Origin: a virus
Lineage: Duplodnaviria; Heunggongvirae; Uroviricota; Caudoviricetes
Virus record (IMG/VR): IMGVR_UViG_2671180892_000013
DNA: 36,388 bases
Reading direction: 5' to 3' (one strand)
Position numbers and translations under genes: made by a program. Each line of letters opens with the position of its first letter. The stretch's first letter is position 1. Under the pieces are notes generated by a model that was given only the letters and a program-made list of their open reading frames with translations, ran no database searches and was not told the origin of the DNA. Positions 9,418 through 19,031 of this stretch are shown piece after piece.

Positions 9418-10590
9418 TTACGCGCTGACCTGGCTGGCGAAATTCACCAGGTACTGATCGGTGATACGCTGGCGCAGCATCAGATTTTCAAGTGGCGGCA
9501 CTGGCGTGTAGTCATAGTCGATGGTGAGTTTTCCGGCTTTCAGCGTGTCTTTGTCGTTCACCGACTCATCCAGCCAGCAATCACCACCAATGAGATAGCC
9601 CTGACTGACCAGGCTGCGCATTTTGGCGCGGATACCTTCGATAATGTCGCGGGCCAACGACGGGTTCAGCGGTTTGTCCACCGCCCACATATGCGCTTCT
9701 GCCATTGTGTCCATAAGTACCTGCGCCGTGCGGGTGTAGTTTTCGAAGGCAAAGAGCGGATCATCGCTCAGACAGCGGGACCCCCAGAAGCGAAAACCAT
9801 CCTTGCGCACAAGCGTGGTGACGTCGTTCTGGTTCAGCAGACCTGCATCGGTTGCCGGGTCCTGCAGATCCCAGAACACATCAGCAGAAATTCCGGTGAC
9901 ACCGTTCACGCCCACGTTGGACAGGCTTTTGTGCCATCCAGTCTGCTCATCAATTTTGGCGCGCAGACCGAGCGCACGGGCGGTGGCATATGCCGTTGCT
10001 TCGGCATTCAGCACCGTGTCCCAGCCAGTAAAGTCAGGCCAGATCAGCATCCCTTCGCGCTGGCTGAAGTTTTCGCGGTAAGTGATCGCCTCCTGCACTG
10101 TCTTGCAGCCATACGCTGACAGGTAAGCAAACCCACGCAGGCTTTGCGCCACGCTCAGCAACTCAGTCGCAACGGCTTTGTTATCGTGACCTGGCACGCC
10201 GAGAATGCGCGGTTTAACGCCGAGCTGTGACTGGGCAGATAGCAGGGCTTTCATGCCTGTTTTTTTACCTTCAGCAGTCACAGCGCCGATGATATTGGTC
10301 GTGGTTTCGTCTTCCGTTTCACCCTGCGGCACACGCACAACAACGGTCACGGGTTTTGCCTGGTCAGCGATGGCATCCAGCGAACGGGCCAGAGTACCGG
10401 ACTCACCCGCTTTACCGCTGGCAGTCAGCACATCAGTGATCAGCACGGGTTTATTAAGAGGAAACATTTTTGCATCGGCATCATCGCCCGTGCAGACCAT
10501 ACCCACGATGGCGGTGCTCACCGTGGTAATGGATCGGGTGCCTTCGTTGACTTCAACAACGCGCACCCCGTGGTGGTAATCCTGAGCCAT
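9418..10590 (-). CDS. FI: contractile tail sheath protein FI
   Basis: 390 aa; first gene of the FI-FII-E-T-U-D block. Confidence 0.9.
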   Translation of the reverse strand: MAQDYHHGVRVVEVNEGTRSITTVSTAIVGMVCTGDDADAKMFPLNKPVLITDVLTASGKAGESGTLARSLDAIADQAKPVTVVVRVPQGETEDETTTNIIGAVTAEGKKTGMKALLSAQSQLGVKPRILGVPGHDNKAVATELLSVAQSLRGFAYLSAYGCKTVQEAITYRENFSQREGMLIWPDFTGWDTVLNAEATAYATARALGLRAKIDEQTGWHKSLSNVGVNGVTGISADVFWDLQDPATDAGLLNQNDVTTLVRKDGFRFWGSRCLSDDPLFAFENYTRTAQVLMDTMAEAHMWAVDKPLNPSLARDIIEGIRAKMRSLVSQGYLIGGDCWLDESVNDKDTLKAGKLTIDYDYTPVPPLENLMLRQRITDQYLVNFASQVSA

Positions 10591-10665
10591 AAGGCAGTCT
10601 CTCCGGTAGTAGAGGGGGTCTGCCTATGTTCTGGTTGATACGAGCAGGATGCACGTTATGTGGTT

Positions 10666-10683
10666 TGTATGAAAAATGGCACA
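10666..10683. promoter_or_regulatory. TGT-N12-ACA dyad, candidate Ogr site for the FI-operon late promoter
   Basis: tgtatgaaaaatggcaca centred about 85 bp upstream of the FI start. Confidence 0.4.
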
Positions 10684-10698
10684 ACGGCGGATACAGGA

Positions 10699-10718
10699 AT
10701 CCCCGCAGACGCGGGGAT
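10699..10718 (-). terminator. hairpin downstream of G
   Basis: atccccgc agac gcggggat 8-bp GC-rich stem just after the G stop. Confidence 0.4.
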
Positions 10719-10722
10719 GTAT

Positions 10723-11157
10723 TCAGACTTCTGGTGATAAAGGCCAGACTATATCCGGGGCATCACTTACATTAATATTTTCAAGTAACTCAAGATAATC
10801 CAGCATCGCATTAAATCTGGTTGTCTCCATTTCGTTCAGCCTGCCAAGCTGTAATTTTGATGGCCATTGTTTTTCATTAATCAGGTTGTTAGCCTCATTA
10901 ATGCGCATCTGTTTCATCATTTCTGCCTGTTCCACCTGTTCCTCATGGGTCAATGGTGGACGTTCTTCCCAAGATGGCTGGTTATCAGTGCCTGCAACCA
11001 TTTTGTACCCTTCCCGATAACCAAGATAAAACTCCTGATAGACTGCATCACTTACCTCAATACAGTCATCCGGCCACGCATCGAGAGCATCGTAATAATC
11101 AGATTTCAGTTCACTGTTATAAAATGCATTTCTTGATGGACTGTAAAAATAACTCAT
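10723..11157 (-). CDS. G: tail fibre assembly protein G (chaperone)
   Basis: ATG at 11155-11157 (MSYFYSP...) overlaps the H stop in an ATGA junction; the track ORF extends 11 codons further upstream, which I do not favour. Confidence 0.8.
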   Translation of the reverse strand: MSYFYSPSRNAFYNSELKSDYYDALDAWPDDCIEVSDAVYQEFYLGYREGYKMVAGTDNQPSWEERPPLTHEEQVEQAEMMKQMRINEANNLINEKQWPSKLQLGRLNEMETTRFNAMLDYLELLENINVSDAPDIVWPLSPEV

Positions 11158-12887
11158 CAGACCCCCTCCGCAATAAACCCAATATTCCATCCACCGTTAT
11201 CTCCGGTGATGCTCAGAGTAAAGCCAGTTGCAGTAATAGCTGTAATGGCGACACCCTCAACACTCCCACCGTGTGACGAACGGAAAACGGGGATCACGTA
11301 CCAGCACTGACGGGCAAATGGTGTCGGAAAATTCACCTGATACTCTTTATTCACCACACCAGTTGCCCCGGAAAAATAACTGTTAAAAAACTGCTTCAGC
11401 ACACCGCCAGTTATTCGGTGATAATTGCTGCCAAATGAAAATTCATCTTCACAAACACCCCGACGCCATAGTGTTGTATTGTCTTTAACCGTATCAGAGC
11501 CGCTGAAACGGTGATACATTTCCCCTGCTCCGGTGATGAAAATCTGCGCGCGTCTGTTCTTGTTATACGCAGCCTGAAAACCTGCACCATTCGATGGCAC
11601 TTCATCTGCATTACCTGAATATGCAAGAAACTGTGAAACCTCACCCATTTCGTAGTTATTATTGCTACCGATTCCGTATGCTCCCTGTTGCAGAGCACTT
11701 TCAGCCTTATCAACCGTCGGTTTAAGTCCCAGATTCTGAATAAACAAAGTCGGGTCAGGAATATCAGCACCATTGCGGTCCTTTGCCAGTCTCGCGCTGG
11801 CGTTGTCCATCGCAATTTTTACCGCTTTCAATGTCGCCGCAACATTTTCTGACACGCTGTTTACATCGTTCCCCAGTTGCACCATTCCTTTAACACTCAC
11901 TGATGCTTCTGGATAATGTGCACTGGTGAACACCTGATTCCACGGTGTTTCATCATCGGCAATTTTCGATAACATGCTGAATCGACAGTACATCTTGCCA
12001 TCATTAGCGACATAAATCTGTGCACGTCGATTGTCGTTGTAACAGGCCTGGAAACCAGCACCATGTGTTGGCACTTCTGGATAGCCGACAGCTGTACCAT
12101 AAGCAAAAAATTGCGATTTAGTTCCCATGGTTTTCAGATAAGCCAGGCCAATTCCATAATCTCCTGGCTGAATCGCTGATGCAGCTTTATCAACAGTCGT
12201 TTTCAATCCCAGATTCTGAACAAACAGTGCCGGATTGGGAATATCAGAACCATTGCGGTCTTTTGCCAGTCTGGCGCTGGCATTATCCATCGCTATTTTC
12301 ACTGCTTTTGGCGTTGCAGCGACTGTTTCATCATTGCTTTCCACACCGCTATACAGACGTACAAATCCCTTTTCTGTCAAAGACGCAGAAGGATGGCGGC
12401 GCGATTGCTCATGAATTTCTATTTGTTGATCTACATAATGACGGGTTGCCAGCACGACAGCAGGGTCGATTTTCAGGGTGATATTGTCCGTGCTGCTGGT
12501 AATCAGCACCATGCGCACGGTCTGGGTGCGCCCGCTGCCTTCAGCCAGTTGCGGCTTATAGCTTTCCGGGCAGTTGCCCACGGCAATCAATGCCCCGGAC
12601 TCATCAAACAGGCCCACTTCACGTATCCACCAACCGCCCTCGTTTTCAGGGATCACCTGTTCAGCAATAATCTGGCTGCTGTTCTGCGGGTCGATGTACA
12701 GCATATTCAGCGCAGCCCGGCGTTTCTCATTTACTAATGCTGTCTGCTTTGCGTCCGGCGTTGGCAATGTTCCGCCGCCATCGCCTACCGCCATATGGGT
12801 AATTTTTAAAGGCACACCGAGCGCGGCGGCGCTGGCAAGTTTCGCCGCGCCAATATCCGTCAGCAGAGTATAAAATTTTGTGCTCAT
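11157..12887 (-). CDS. H: tail fibre protein H
   Basis: 576 aa; conserved P2 gpH-like N-terminus, divergent C-terminal part with an internal tandem duplication. Confidence 0.88.
   Translation of the reverse strand: MSTKFYTLLTDIGAAKLASAAALGVPLKITHMAVGDGGGTLPTPDAKQTALVNEKRRAALNMLYIDPQNSSQIIAEQVIPENEGGWWIREVGLFDESGALIAVGNCPESYKPQLAEGSGRTQTVRMVLITSSTDNITLKIDPAVVLATRHYVDQQIEIHEQSRRHPSASLTEKGFVRLYSGVESNDETVAATPKAVKIAMDNASARLAKDRNGSDIPNPALFVQNLGLKTTVDKAASAIQPGDYGIGLAYLKTMGTKSQFFAYGTAVGYPEVPTHGAGFQACYNDNRRAQIYVANDGKMYCRFSMLSKIADDETPWNQVFTSAHYPEASVSVKGMVQLGNDVNSVSENVAATLKAVKIAMDNASARLAKDRNGADIPDPTLFIQNLGLKPTVDKAESALQQGAYGIGSNNNYEMGEVSQFLAYSGNADEVPSNGAGFQAAYNKNRRAQIFITGAGEMYHRFSGSDTVKDNTTLWRRGVCEDEFSFGSNYHRITGGVLKQFFNSYFSGATGVVNKEYQVNFPTPFARQCWYVIPVFRSSHGGSVEGVAITAITATGFTLSITGDNGGWNIGFIAEGV
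11493..11849 (-). repeat. tail-fibre internal repeat, unit 2 (about aa 347-465)
   Basis: ENVAATLKAVKIAMDNASARLAKDRNGADIP... block. Confidence 0.8.
11973..12329 (-). repeat. tail-fibre internal repeat, unit 1 (about aa 187-305)
   Basis: ETVAATPKAVKIAMDNASARLAKDRNGSDIP... block; about 85% DNA identity to unit 2 at a 480-bp period. Confidence 0.8.
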
Positions 12888-13489
12888 GGATTCACTCTCA
12901 TTGCGTCAATAACATGGACCGCCCCGCCTTCATGCGCGGTGCCGCCGGAAATAATTGTTTCGTTGATATACGGATAGATCGTGATTTCTTCGCCAAGATA
13001 GCTTGCAGCCCCCACCCAATATGGACCGCTGGTCTGCAGGTTGATGGACATGCCGATCATGTGGCGGCTACATGGTTTGGCATCGCTTATCAGTCGCTCA
13101 AGTTCCAGATAGGTATCTTCAGTGATGCCCTGGTCCTGCACGCCGATATCCAGACGAAACGTGCCCGGTGTTTCTCCGGTATGCCACCACTCAATAATGC
13201 GGATCAGAAAGCCGAACGGCTCCACCACCCGCCGCACGGCACTGGTGGTCCCTTTATGCTGATGAATATAAAAAGCATCCTTCACCACCTGGCGCTTGAC
13301 GCTTTCTGTCCAGCTCTCGTCCCAGCGATCCACAGAGAACGCCCAGGCGAGATAAGGCAGGAAACTGACCGGACAGGTTGCCGGATTCCACAAGTCACGC
13401 AGCGGCACCTGCAGATCAGTAATCCCGCTGCAGGTTTGCGCCAGTCGGCGCTCCAGTGAAGTTGAACCCGGTGGCAGCAGACTATTCAT
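12884..13489 (-). CDS. I: baseplate/tail protein I
   Basis: 201 aa between J and H with 4-bp overlaps. Confidence 0.8.
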   Translation of the reverse strand: MNSLLPPGSTSLERRLAQTCSGITDLQVPLRDLWNPATCPVSFLPYLAWAFSVDRWDESWTESVKRQVVKDAFYIHQHKGTTSAVRRVVEPFGFLIRIIEWWHTGETPGTFRLDIGVQDQGITEDTYLELERLISDAKPCSRHMIGMSINLQTSGPYWVGAASYLGEEITIYPYINETIISGGTAHEGGAVHVIDAMRVNP

Positions 13490-14390
13490 CCGTTCCTCCG
13501 TTGGTTACGCTCCACTGCGTACATGATGCCGCCTGCGTTTTGTTCAGAACCACATCCGCCAGCGGAGAAGCCAGTTCCACACGTTGAACACCCTCAACAT
13601 GCAGCGCGGCAAAAATGGCGCTACGGCGAATATCCCGACCAAGCCGCGTCTGACTGGCAATGTACCTCTGCAGGCTGGCTTTTGCCGCTGCCATTACCGG
13701 CTCTGCTTCCGGTCCCGGATAGAGAAAAATGGTGGCTTCCACGCGGTACGGGATGATTTCCGCGCTGCGAACCGTCAGACGGTCAGCCACCGGGCGGACA
13801 TTCTCACTGTTCAGTGCTTTCTCCACCACATCCAGCAGGTCTTTTTCTGCTGTTCCGTCGCCTTCGCGGCCAAGGACTGTCAGCACCACCTCTGCAGGTG
13901 CCGGACTAGTTGCACTGGCATCCGCCACCCGACCGTCGGCGCTTCGGGCATGAAATTCATAAGCGGCAGTTGGTCCCGCAACTGAAAGCCCCTCAAAGGC
14001 TGCAGGCACACGCAGGCGTAACGCTTCATCGCTTTCCATCACTGCTGCAACGGGCGGCACAGCGTCATTATCAGCAGGCGTCACCGTCAGGCGTTTCACG
14101 TTGTAGTTGGCAGCGATCTGGTCAAGATCGCCGCCCATCGCGTAAGCCACCATTACCGCCTGCGCGGCTTCGTTAATGCGCTGGCGCAGAAGCAACTCAC
14201 GGTAAGCGTTCTCCTGCAACAATTTGGTGACGGGTTCAGATTCCAGTTCCAGCGTGCGGATCACTGCTTCCTGCTCATCTTTCGGATGAAGCGCCACAAA
14301 TTCTGCCTTGCGTTCGGCAAGCAGCGTCTCAAAGTCCGGCACATCCACAATCTGCGGCGCAGGCAACTGCGAAAGGTCAATCACTGCCAT
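13482..14390 (-). CDS. J: baseplate assembly protein J
   Basis: ATG at 14388-14390 (MAVIDLSQLPAP...) gives about 302 aa; the track ORF starts 13 codons earlier. Confidence 0.8.
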   Translation of the reverse strand: MAVIDLSQLPAPQIVDVPDFETLLAERKAEFVALHPKDEQEAVIRTLELESEPVTKLLQENAYRELLLRQRINEAAQAVMVAYAMGGDLDQIAANYNVKRLTVTPADNDAVPPVAAVMESDEALRLRVPAAFEGLSVAGPTAAYEFHARSADGRVADASATSPAPAEVVLTVLGREGDGTAEKDLLDVVEKALNSENVRPVADRLTVRSAEIIPYRVEATIFLYPGPEAEPVMAAAKASLQRYIASQTRLGRDIRRSAIFAALHVEGVQRVELASPLADVVLNKTQAASCTQWSVTNGGTDE

Positions 14391-14736
14391 TCTCTGCTCC
14401 TGTTGATACGGAAAGGGAAACAGGCACACCGTTATTCCGCCGCCCGGTCAGCTCCACCACCATTGAACCGTCAAAATTGCTGTGGATGGTGATGGAATCC
14501 AGCGTCAGCCGTGGCTCCCAGCGACTCAGCGCCACATACACTGCCGACATGACCTGCAGGCGTAATGCCGGATTTTGTGGCTGGTCTATCAGTGCCGACA
14601 GCAGGGAACCATATTCACGACGGGCAATGCGACTACCCTGTGGTGTCAGCAGAATGTCCCGCACCGACTGGCGCAGATGGTCAATATCAGTAATGGCTTT
14701 GCCGCTGGTATTGTTCATCCCGCTATAAAGCGTCAT
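14377..14736 (-). CDS. W: baseplate wedge protein W
   Basis: 119 aa between V and J. Confidence 0.8.
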   Translation of the reverse strand: MTLYSGMNNTSGKAITDIDHLRQSVRDILLTPQGSRIARREYGSLLSALIDQPQNPALRLQVMSAVYVALSRWEPRLTLDSITIHSNFDGSMVVELTGRRNNGVPVSLSVSTGAENGSD

Positions 14737-15311
14737 ACCGGACCTCCGGTTGTATCGCCGCCTTTCAGGACGCCAGTATGCTGATGCGCATCAACCACGA
14801 TCCCGTTAGAACTCATCGCTCCGCCGCCCTGGGTAATGCCACCATTGATCACCACTTCGCTGTTAATGCGCGTGCGGTCAGCCTCCAGTACAAACTCACT
14901 GGTTTTCATGGTGATGTTGTCAGCGGCCTCAATGACCATTGATTTGATGCCCCTGACATACCAGCGCCCAGTGGCGGGTTCGTATTCAAACCAGCCACCG
15001 TCAGGATGTTCTGTCACGCAGGCGTCCGCCGACGTCGACGGTGGCGCGAACTGATTCGAATAGATGGCGGGTAACGCAAAGGCGGTTTCCAGATTGCCGC
15101 CCAGACTCAGCAGCACCACCTGCTCACCTTCCGATGGTCGCCACCATGTGCGGGCATTACCCGCGCGCAGCGTCAGCCAGTTAATCCAGTTGGTTTCAAG
15201 GTCGCCCGTTTTCACCCGACAAAGCCAGTTTTCCCGGTCCACTTCGGTGACTACACCTATGCGGATCAGATTGGTGATAAGGCGCATGATTTCGGTTAGT
15301 TGTGCGTTCAT
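14733..15311 (-). CDS. V: baseplate spike/assembly protein V
   Basis: Start placed at the ATG at 15309-15311 (MNAQLTEIMRLITNLIRIGVVTEVD...), where gpV-like sequence begins; the track ORF runs 81 codons further into AT-rich cargo DNA. Confidence 0.8.
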   Translation of the reverse strand: MNAQLTEIMRLITNLIRIGVVTEVDRENWLCRVKTGDLETNWINWLTLRAGNARTWWRPSEGEQVVLLSLGGNLETAFALPAIYSNQFAPPSTSADACVTEHPDGGWFEYEPATGRWYVRGIKSMVIEAADNITMKTSEFVLEADRTRINSEVVINGGITQGGGAMSSNGIVVDAHQHTGVLKGGDTTGGPV

Positions 15312-15357
15312 AGATATATGATGACAGCTGAAAACTTGTTTATAACTTCTTGCAAAT

Positions 15358-15375
15358 TGTGGTATCGATGGTACA
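15358..15375. promoter_or_regulatory. TGT-N12-ACA dyad upstream of V; also lies between a sigma70-like -35/-10 pair for the plus-strand cargo gene
   Basis: tgtggtatcgatggtaca; flanked by ttgcaa (15350-15355) and tacaaa; function ambiguous. Confidence 0.3.
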
Positions 15376-15414
15376 AATTGATAAAAGGATAAAAAACAAC
15401 CAATAGGTGGATAA

Positions 15415-16221
15415 ATGAGTGTTATGAATCCAATAAGTTCTAATATATTTAATGCTGAATTTTTAAACACCCCGGCAGCGGCACTTGCCGCATGGATTTC
15501 CATTATTGGAGCTGTTATAACTTTGGTGACGATAGTTATAAGAGCACTATTCAAATATAGAAAATCTCATGATGTAATTTTGAAAAAATCAGGAATACCT
15601 GCGTTTATATTAAATTTTTTTCTTATACGAATATCATTAAAAAGGCTGCCTACTATCACATGGGCTGAAAAATCAATCACGGTTCTCTTTTCACTTCTTT
15701 TTTTGTATGCAATTTATATTTTTGGTCCAGTTTTCATCCAAGCCATTAGAACCCCACCAAATAGCACATTGCTTTATTGGATAAAGTCCGGTGAATCATT
15801 TTATATGTCAAAAAAACTGGCGACTGCAGCTACAATATTAACCACTCCTGATTGGGAAATATCAAAGGATGATTGCGAAGAGTCATCCTCTGCCAGTACA
15901 GAGAAGTACAAATCATTAACTATCGAACATAAAGAAATTCTTTGTAAACTACTAACCACTGATGAAGGGAATGCTTACATTGATGAAGAAGTCAAGAATT
16001 TCGTTAAAGACAAATTCTTTATCTATTCCTTTGCCCCAACAACCATATTTATTCTATTATGGATTTCTTTGGGTTTTATACTGACCATTCACTATTCTAA
16101 AAAAGTTAGGAAATATATTCTGACTGAACAAAAAAATGCAATTCATTGGGCATATGGTGAATTCAAGACAGAAGGAATCTATTCAATATATCAAGAGTTA
16201 GAACGTAAGACTCACCATTAA
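15415..16221 (+). CDS. hypothetical multi-pass membrane protein; cargo gene in the S-V intergenic region
   Basis: 268-aa ORF in very AT-rich DNA, several hydrophobic helices, aggtgg SD before the ATG; opposite strand to the flanking late genes; 3' end overlaps the S 3' end by 59 bp. Confidence 0.6.
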   Translation: MSVMNPISSNIFNAEFLNTPAAALAAWISIIGAVITLVTIVIRALFKYRKSHDVILKKSGIPAFILNFFLIRISLKRLPTITWAEKSITVLFSLLFLYAIYIFGPVFIQAIRTPPNSTLLYWIKSGESFYMSKKLATAATILTTPDWEISKDDCEESSSASTEKYKSLTIEHKEILCKLLTTDEGNAYIDEEVKNFVKDKFFIYSFAPTTIFILLWISLGFILTIHYSKKVRKYILTEQKNAIHWAYGEFKTEGIYSIYQELERKTHH

Positions 16222-16609
16222 GACCCAACAAACGACGCTCTGCGTAACGCACTTCCGGTCCTTTGCGGCTGACGCGATCGCGCAGGCCATAATGGTGAAC
16301 GCGGGCAATGCGCTGCACCTTACTTTCAAACTGTACGCAGGCAGAGTCGGCGCTGGCGGCGGTTTTCAGGTATTTGGTGGTGCGCAGCTTTGCAAACATC
16401 TGACGTTTGATGCGGCCTTTTTTACTGCGCGCCGTGACCTTGCGCGGTTCATAACTGCTGCCATCTGGATTGCGCTGCATCCTGATATTCTGCTGCTGTG
16501 TCCGGCGAAGTTCCTGCGCCAGCTGGCGCATCATGCGGCTTCTGGCGGCTGGTTCCAGATTCGCCAGCAAGGCACTCAGCCGGTCGTCCACTTTCTGCAG
16601 TTCAGCCAC
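16163..16609 (-). CDS. S: tail completion protein S
   Basis: 148 aa between R and V, GTG start; last about 20 codons are encoded by AT-rich cargo-type DNA. Confidence 0.75.
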   Translation of the reverse strand: MAELQKVDDRLSALLANLEPAARSRMMRQLAQELRRTQQQNIRMQRNPDGSSYEPRKVTARSKKGRIKRQMFAKLRTTKYLKTAASADSACVQFESKVQRIARVHHYGLRDRVSRKGPEVRYAERRLLGLNGESYVLTLDILNRFLLS

Positions 16610-17033
16610 ATTTCACCGTCCACATTTCTTCAGGTTCATCAGGTTCCGCTATAGCTTCAACGCTCGACACACTACCGTCAGTGCTGACCAGCACACGCTC
16701 CGTCAGTTGCAGGTTCAGGCTGATATCACAGACATCGTTGCGCAGAATATCCACCTCAAAGGTGAATAGTTTTTCCCGTAACGCCGGGTTATTGATAGCA
16801 TCGGGCTGGTTATCCCTCAGCCACAGCAAAACCGGGGCCATCAGCAGATTCTGGTCGCCGCTGAAATCCTCAATCACCGCGTTCAGGGTGTAACGGTACT
16901 CCCACGACATGGAGTTGGCCCCCGTGGCAACCAGCGAACCGTTATCCACAAACAGATGCAGTTTGTCCGGGTTATTGCGGACATAAGGCACCGCTTTATT
17001 GAGGGCGTGGCGCAGGGATTGTGGTTTGTTCAC
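16602..17033 (-). CDS. R: tail completion protein R
   Basis: GTG at 17031-17033 preceded by aggag; product MNKPQSLRHAL... matches the P2 gpR N-terminus; the track ORF starts at a TTG 7 codons upstream. Confidence 0.75.
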   Translation of the reverse strand: MNKPQSLRHALNKAVPYVRNNPDKLHLFVDNGSLVATGANSMSWEYRYTLNAVIEDFSGDQNLLMAPVLLWLRDNQPDAINNPALREKLFTFEVDILRNDVCDISLNLQLTERVLVSTDGSVSSVEAIAEPDEPEEMWTVKCG

Positions 17034-17286
17034 TGTTTCGCTCCTGACACGCAATAATCATGTCCACTTTGTCTGCACAGACCGCCCAGGCAGCCTCCGT
17101 TTCATCCAGCAATGCGTTCAGATCACCGTTAGTGCGCGGCGCGGCCTGATCCAGCCGACACGGCGTCACTCGCGGACAACCACTGACGGTAAGCTGCACC
17201 TCCGGTGAATACCGGACGTTTTCGCAGCCGGATAATGTCAGCAGGCAAAGGAGTATCAGCCCAGCGGCGTAAATCCTCGTTCTCAC
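16996..17286 (-). CDS. lysC: LysC / Rz1-like outer-membrane lipoprotein (o-spanin)
   Basis: 96 aa with signal peptide and lipobox LTLSGC; embedded out of frame in the 3' end of lysB and running into R. Confidence 0.7.
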   Translation of the reverse strand: MRTRIYAAGLILLCLLTLSGCENVRYSPEVQLTVSGCPRVTPCRLDQAAPRTNGDLNALLDETEAAWAVCADKVDMIIACQERNSEQTTIPAPRPQ

Positions 17287-17557
17287 GTTTCAGTTCCTCA
17301 ATCCGGTGTTGTCGTTGTCTCAGCAGTGCGCTGGTTTGTTCAGCTTCGGCGTAGAGCCGCGCCTGCTCCCGGTTGTTGGTTTCAGCCAGAATGGACAGAC
17401 CGATCAGCTGGCTGTTTTTCTTCGTCAGTTCCTGCGCTTTACTTTTCAGCGCCGCGCGCTGCGTTTCGATGGTGTGGCTGGCGCTGTTAAGCCGCCACGA
17501 CTGCCAGCCCAGCGCAACGAGTGCCAGCGCCACCACTACTGCCAGCGCACGCGTCAT
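17129..17557 (-). CDS. lysB: LysB / Rz-like i-spanin
   Basis: 142 aa, N-terminal transmembrane helix then charged coiled-coil region; directly downstream of the endolysin. Confidence 0.75.
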   Translation of the reverse strand: MTRALAVVVALALVALGWQSWRLNSASHTIETQRAALKSKAQELTKKNSQLIGLSILAETNNREQARLYAEAEQTSALLRQRQHRIEELKRENEDLRRWADTPLPADIIRLRKRPVFTGGAAYRQWLSASDAVSAGSGRAAH

Positions 17558-18069
17558 AGTCCAGCTCCTTTAAGGCACCAGGCCATCTCCCGCGCACGGC
17601 GGTTATCCAGCCCCTGATTAAAAACACCTTTCACATAAACCCAGCGCGGCAACTGTCGGCACGCATCCGCCCAGCGCCGCTGATTGAGCAATTTCACCAG
17701 CGTGGAACTGCAGGCATTGCCCGTACCCACGTTGAAGGCAAACGACACCGCAGCGTCATACACCTTCTGCGGCGGCTGTTGCTTCACACACCTTTCCAGC
17801 GCCCGCTCCACACGCAGCACGTTGGAGATCAGCCCTTCTGCTGCCTGTCGCTCCGTAATGTTTTTGCCGGGAATGACGCCCGACGTATTACCAATGCCGT
17901 CGGTCCAGACACCCGCGCTGCACTGATACGGCTGCAGACGACAACCTTCGTAATCGGCAATCAGTTTCAGCCCTTCCACGGAGGTGTGAAGCTGCTGAAA
18001 ACCCGGCAGCGTGGCAGCAATAGCCAGCACGGCCCCGACAAGGCAGCGTTTAACGATTGATGGATTCAT
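17554..18069 (-). CDS. K: endolysin (phage lysozyme, probable signal-anchor-release type)
   Basis: 171 aa; N-terminal hydrophobic segment CLVGAVLAIAATL followed by a lysozyme-like core (LIADYEGCRLQPYQ...GVWTDGIGNT). Confidence 0.8.
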   Translation of the reverse strand: MNPSIVKRCLVGAVLAIAATLPGFQQLHTSVEGLKLIADYEGCRLQPYQCSAGVWTDGIGNTSGVIPGKNITERQAAEGLISNVLRVERALERCVKQQPPQKVYDAAVSFAFNVGTGNACSSTLVKLLNQRRWADACRQLPRWVYVKGVFNQGLDNRRAREMAWCLKGAGL

Positions 18070-18265
18070 AGTCCTCCCGCGAGATCTGCCCGTCGCGCAG
18101 AAGCTGGTAGGCTTTGTGTTTGTAGTACCAGTTGATAGCCAGCATCAGCACACCAATCATCAGGCCGCCCAGCGTTGAGACATCCTTGATGGACAAATCG
18201 CCCAGCCAGGCCAGCACGACGGCGATGCAATACGTGATAAAGGCGCTGATTCGCTCAAGCGTCAT
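18050..18265 (-). CDS. holin (two transmembrane segments)
   Basis: 71-aa hydrophobic protein immediately upstream of and overlapping the endolysin gene. Confidence 0.7.
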   Translation of the reverse strand: MTLERISAFITYCIAVVLAWLGDLSIKDVSTLGGLMIGVLMLAINWYYKHKAYQLLRDGQISREDYESINR

Positions 18266-18268
18266 AAT

Positions 18269-18472
18269 TCAGTCCCATAGCTGGACGGTCTGCACGGTGG
18301 TGGTGGTCGGAATGTCCGGCAGCTCCACCTGCAGCCCGTGAGGTAAAAAGGGGCCATATTCGGCAAGCCCCGGATTTGCCTTCAGTACCTGCTCCGTGAC
18401 ACCCTGCGTGCGCCCGTAATGACGCCAGCAAAGCGCGTCCACCGTGTCATACTGATGCGCACGCACTTTCAT
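18269..18472 (-). CDS. X: tail protein X
   Basis: 67 aa, same length and recognisable similarity to P2 gpX; between L and the holin. Confidence 0.8.
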   Translation of the reverse strand: MKVRAHQYDTVDALCWRHYGRTQGVTEQVLKANPGLAEYGPFLPHGLQVELPDIPTTTTVQTVQLWD

Positions 18473-18999
18473 CAGATAAGCTCCACTGTGCAGTGCGGCG
18501 CATCCTGCACCCGGCTGATGGCCCAGCGGGCGTCACGCCACAAATCACCGCTGGATTCCGCCAGTTCCTCGCCTCGCTTCACACCGGATGCCGTGGCGTC
18601 ATAGTCCTGGTATCGTTCGTTGAGCATGGCGCGTGCCCAGCAGTAAACCGCGTTGAAATAGTGCTGAATGCGCTCACTTTTCCCGTCCAGCTGTTCTGCC
18701 GGAACCTCTGCCAGCGAGGCATACCCCAGCATCTGCTGACGTCTGCGAAACTCATACAGCTCTGCGTTGACCTCCGAAATTGCCGACAGCGCAACCTGCT
18801 TTAAACGCGGCTGCGTCACCGTGCCGTCAGTGCGCATCACGCTGCGAAACTCCGACAGGTCCACATCAGGCCAGAACGGTGTATTTCTGATGATTTCCGC
18901 CTGTTCCGGTGCCTGTTCTGGCGCAACAAACTTCATGCTGCTTTCTCCTGAAATAGAGGGCGGTGGACGGAGTTTTGATGTGGCTGTGCCTTTCGCCAC
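18472..18999 (-). CDS. L: head completion/stabilisation protein L
   Basis: 175 aa downstream of M. Confidence 0.8.
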   Translation of the reverse strand: MAKGTATSKLRPPPSISGESSMKFVAPEQAPEQAEIIRNTPFWPDVDLSEFRSVMRTDGTVTQPRLKQVALSAISEVNAELYEFRRRQQMLGYASLAEVPAEQLDGKSERIQHYFNAVYCWARAMLNERYQDYDATASGVKRGEELAESSGDLWRDARWAISRVQDAPHCTVELI

Positions 19000-19031
19000 C
19001 CCGTGCCGCCCGTGCGCGGGGGCACGTTCTG

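Noticed and set aside
14733-15554. Extended 273-aa form of V starting at 15554
   Set aside because: The extra 81 codons are hydrophobic, lie in AT-rich inserted DNA and precede the point where gpV homology begins; the internal ATG at 15311 is the better start.
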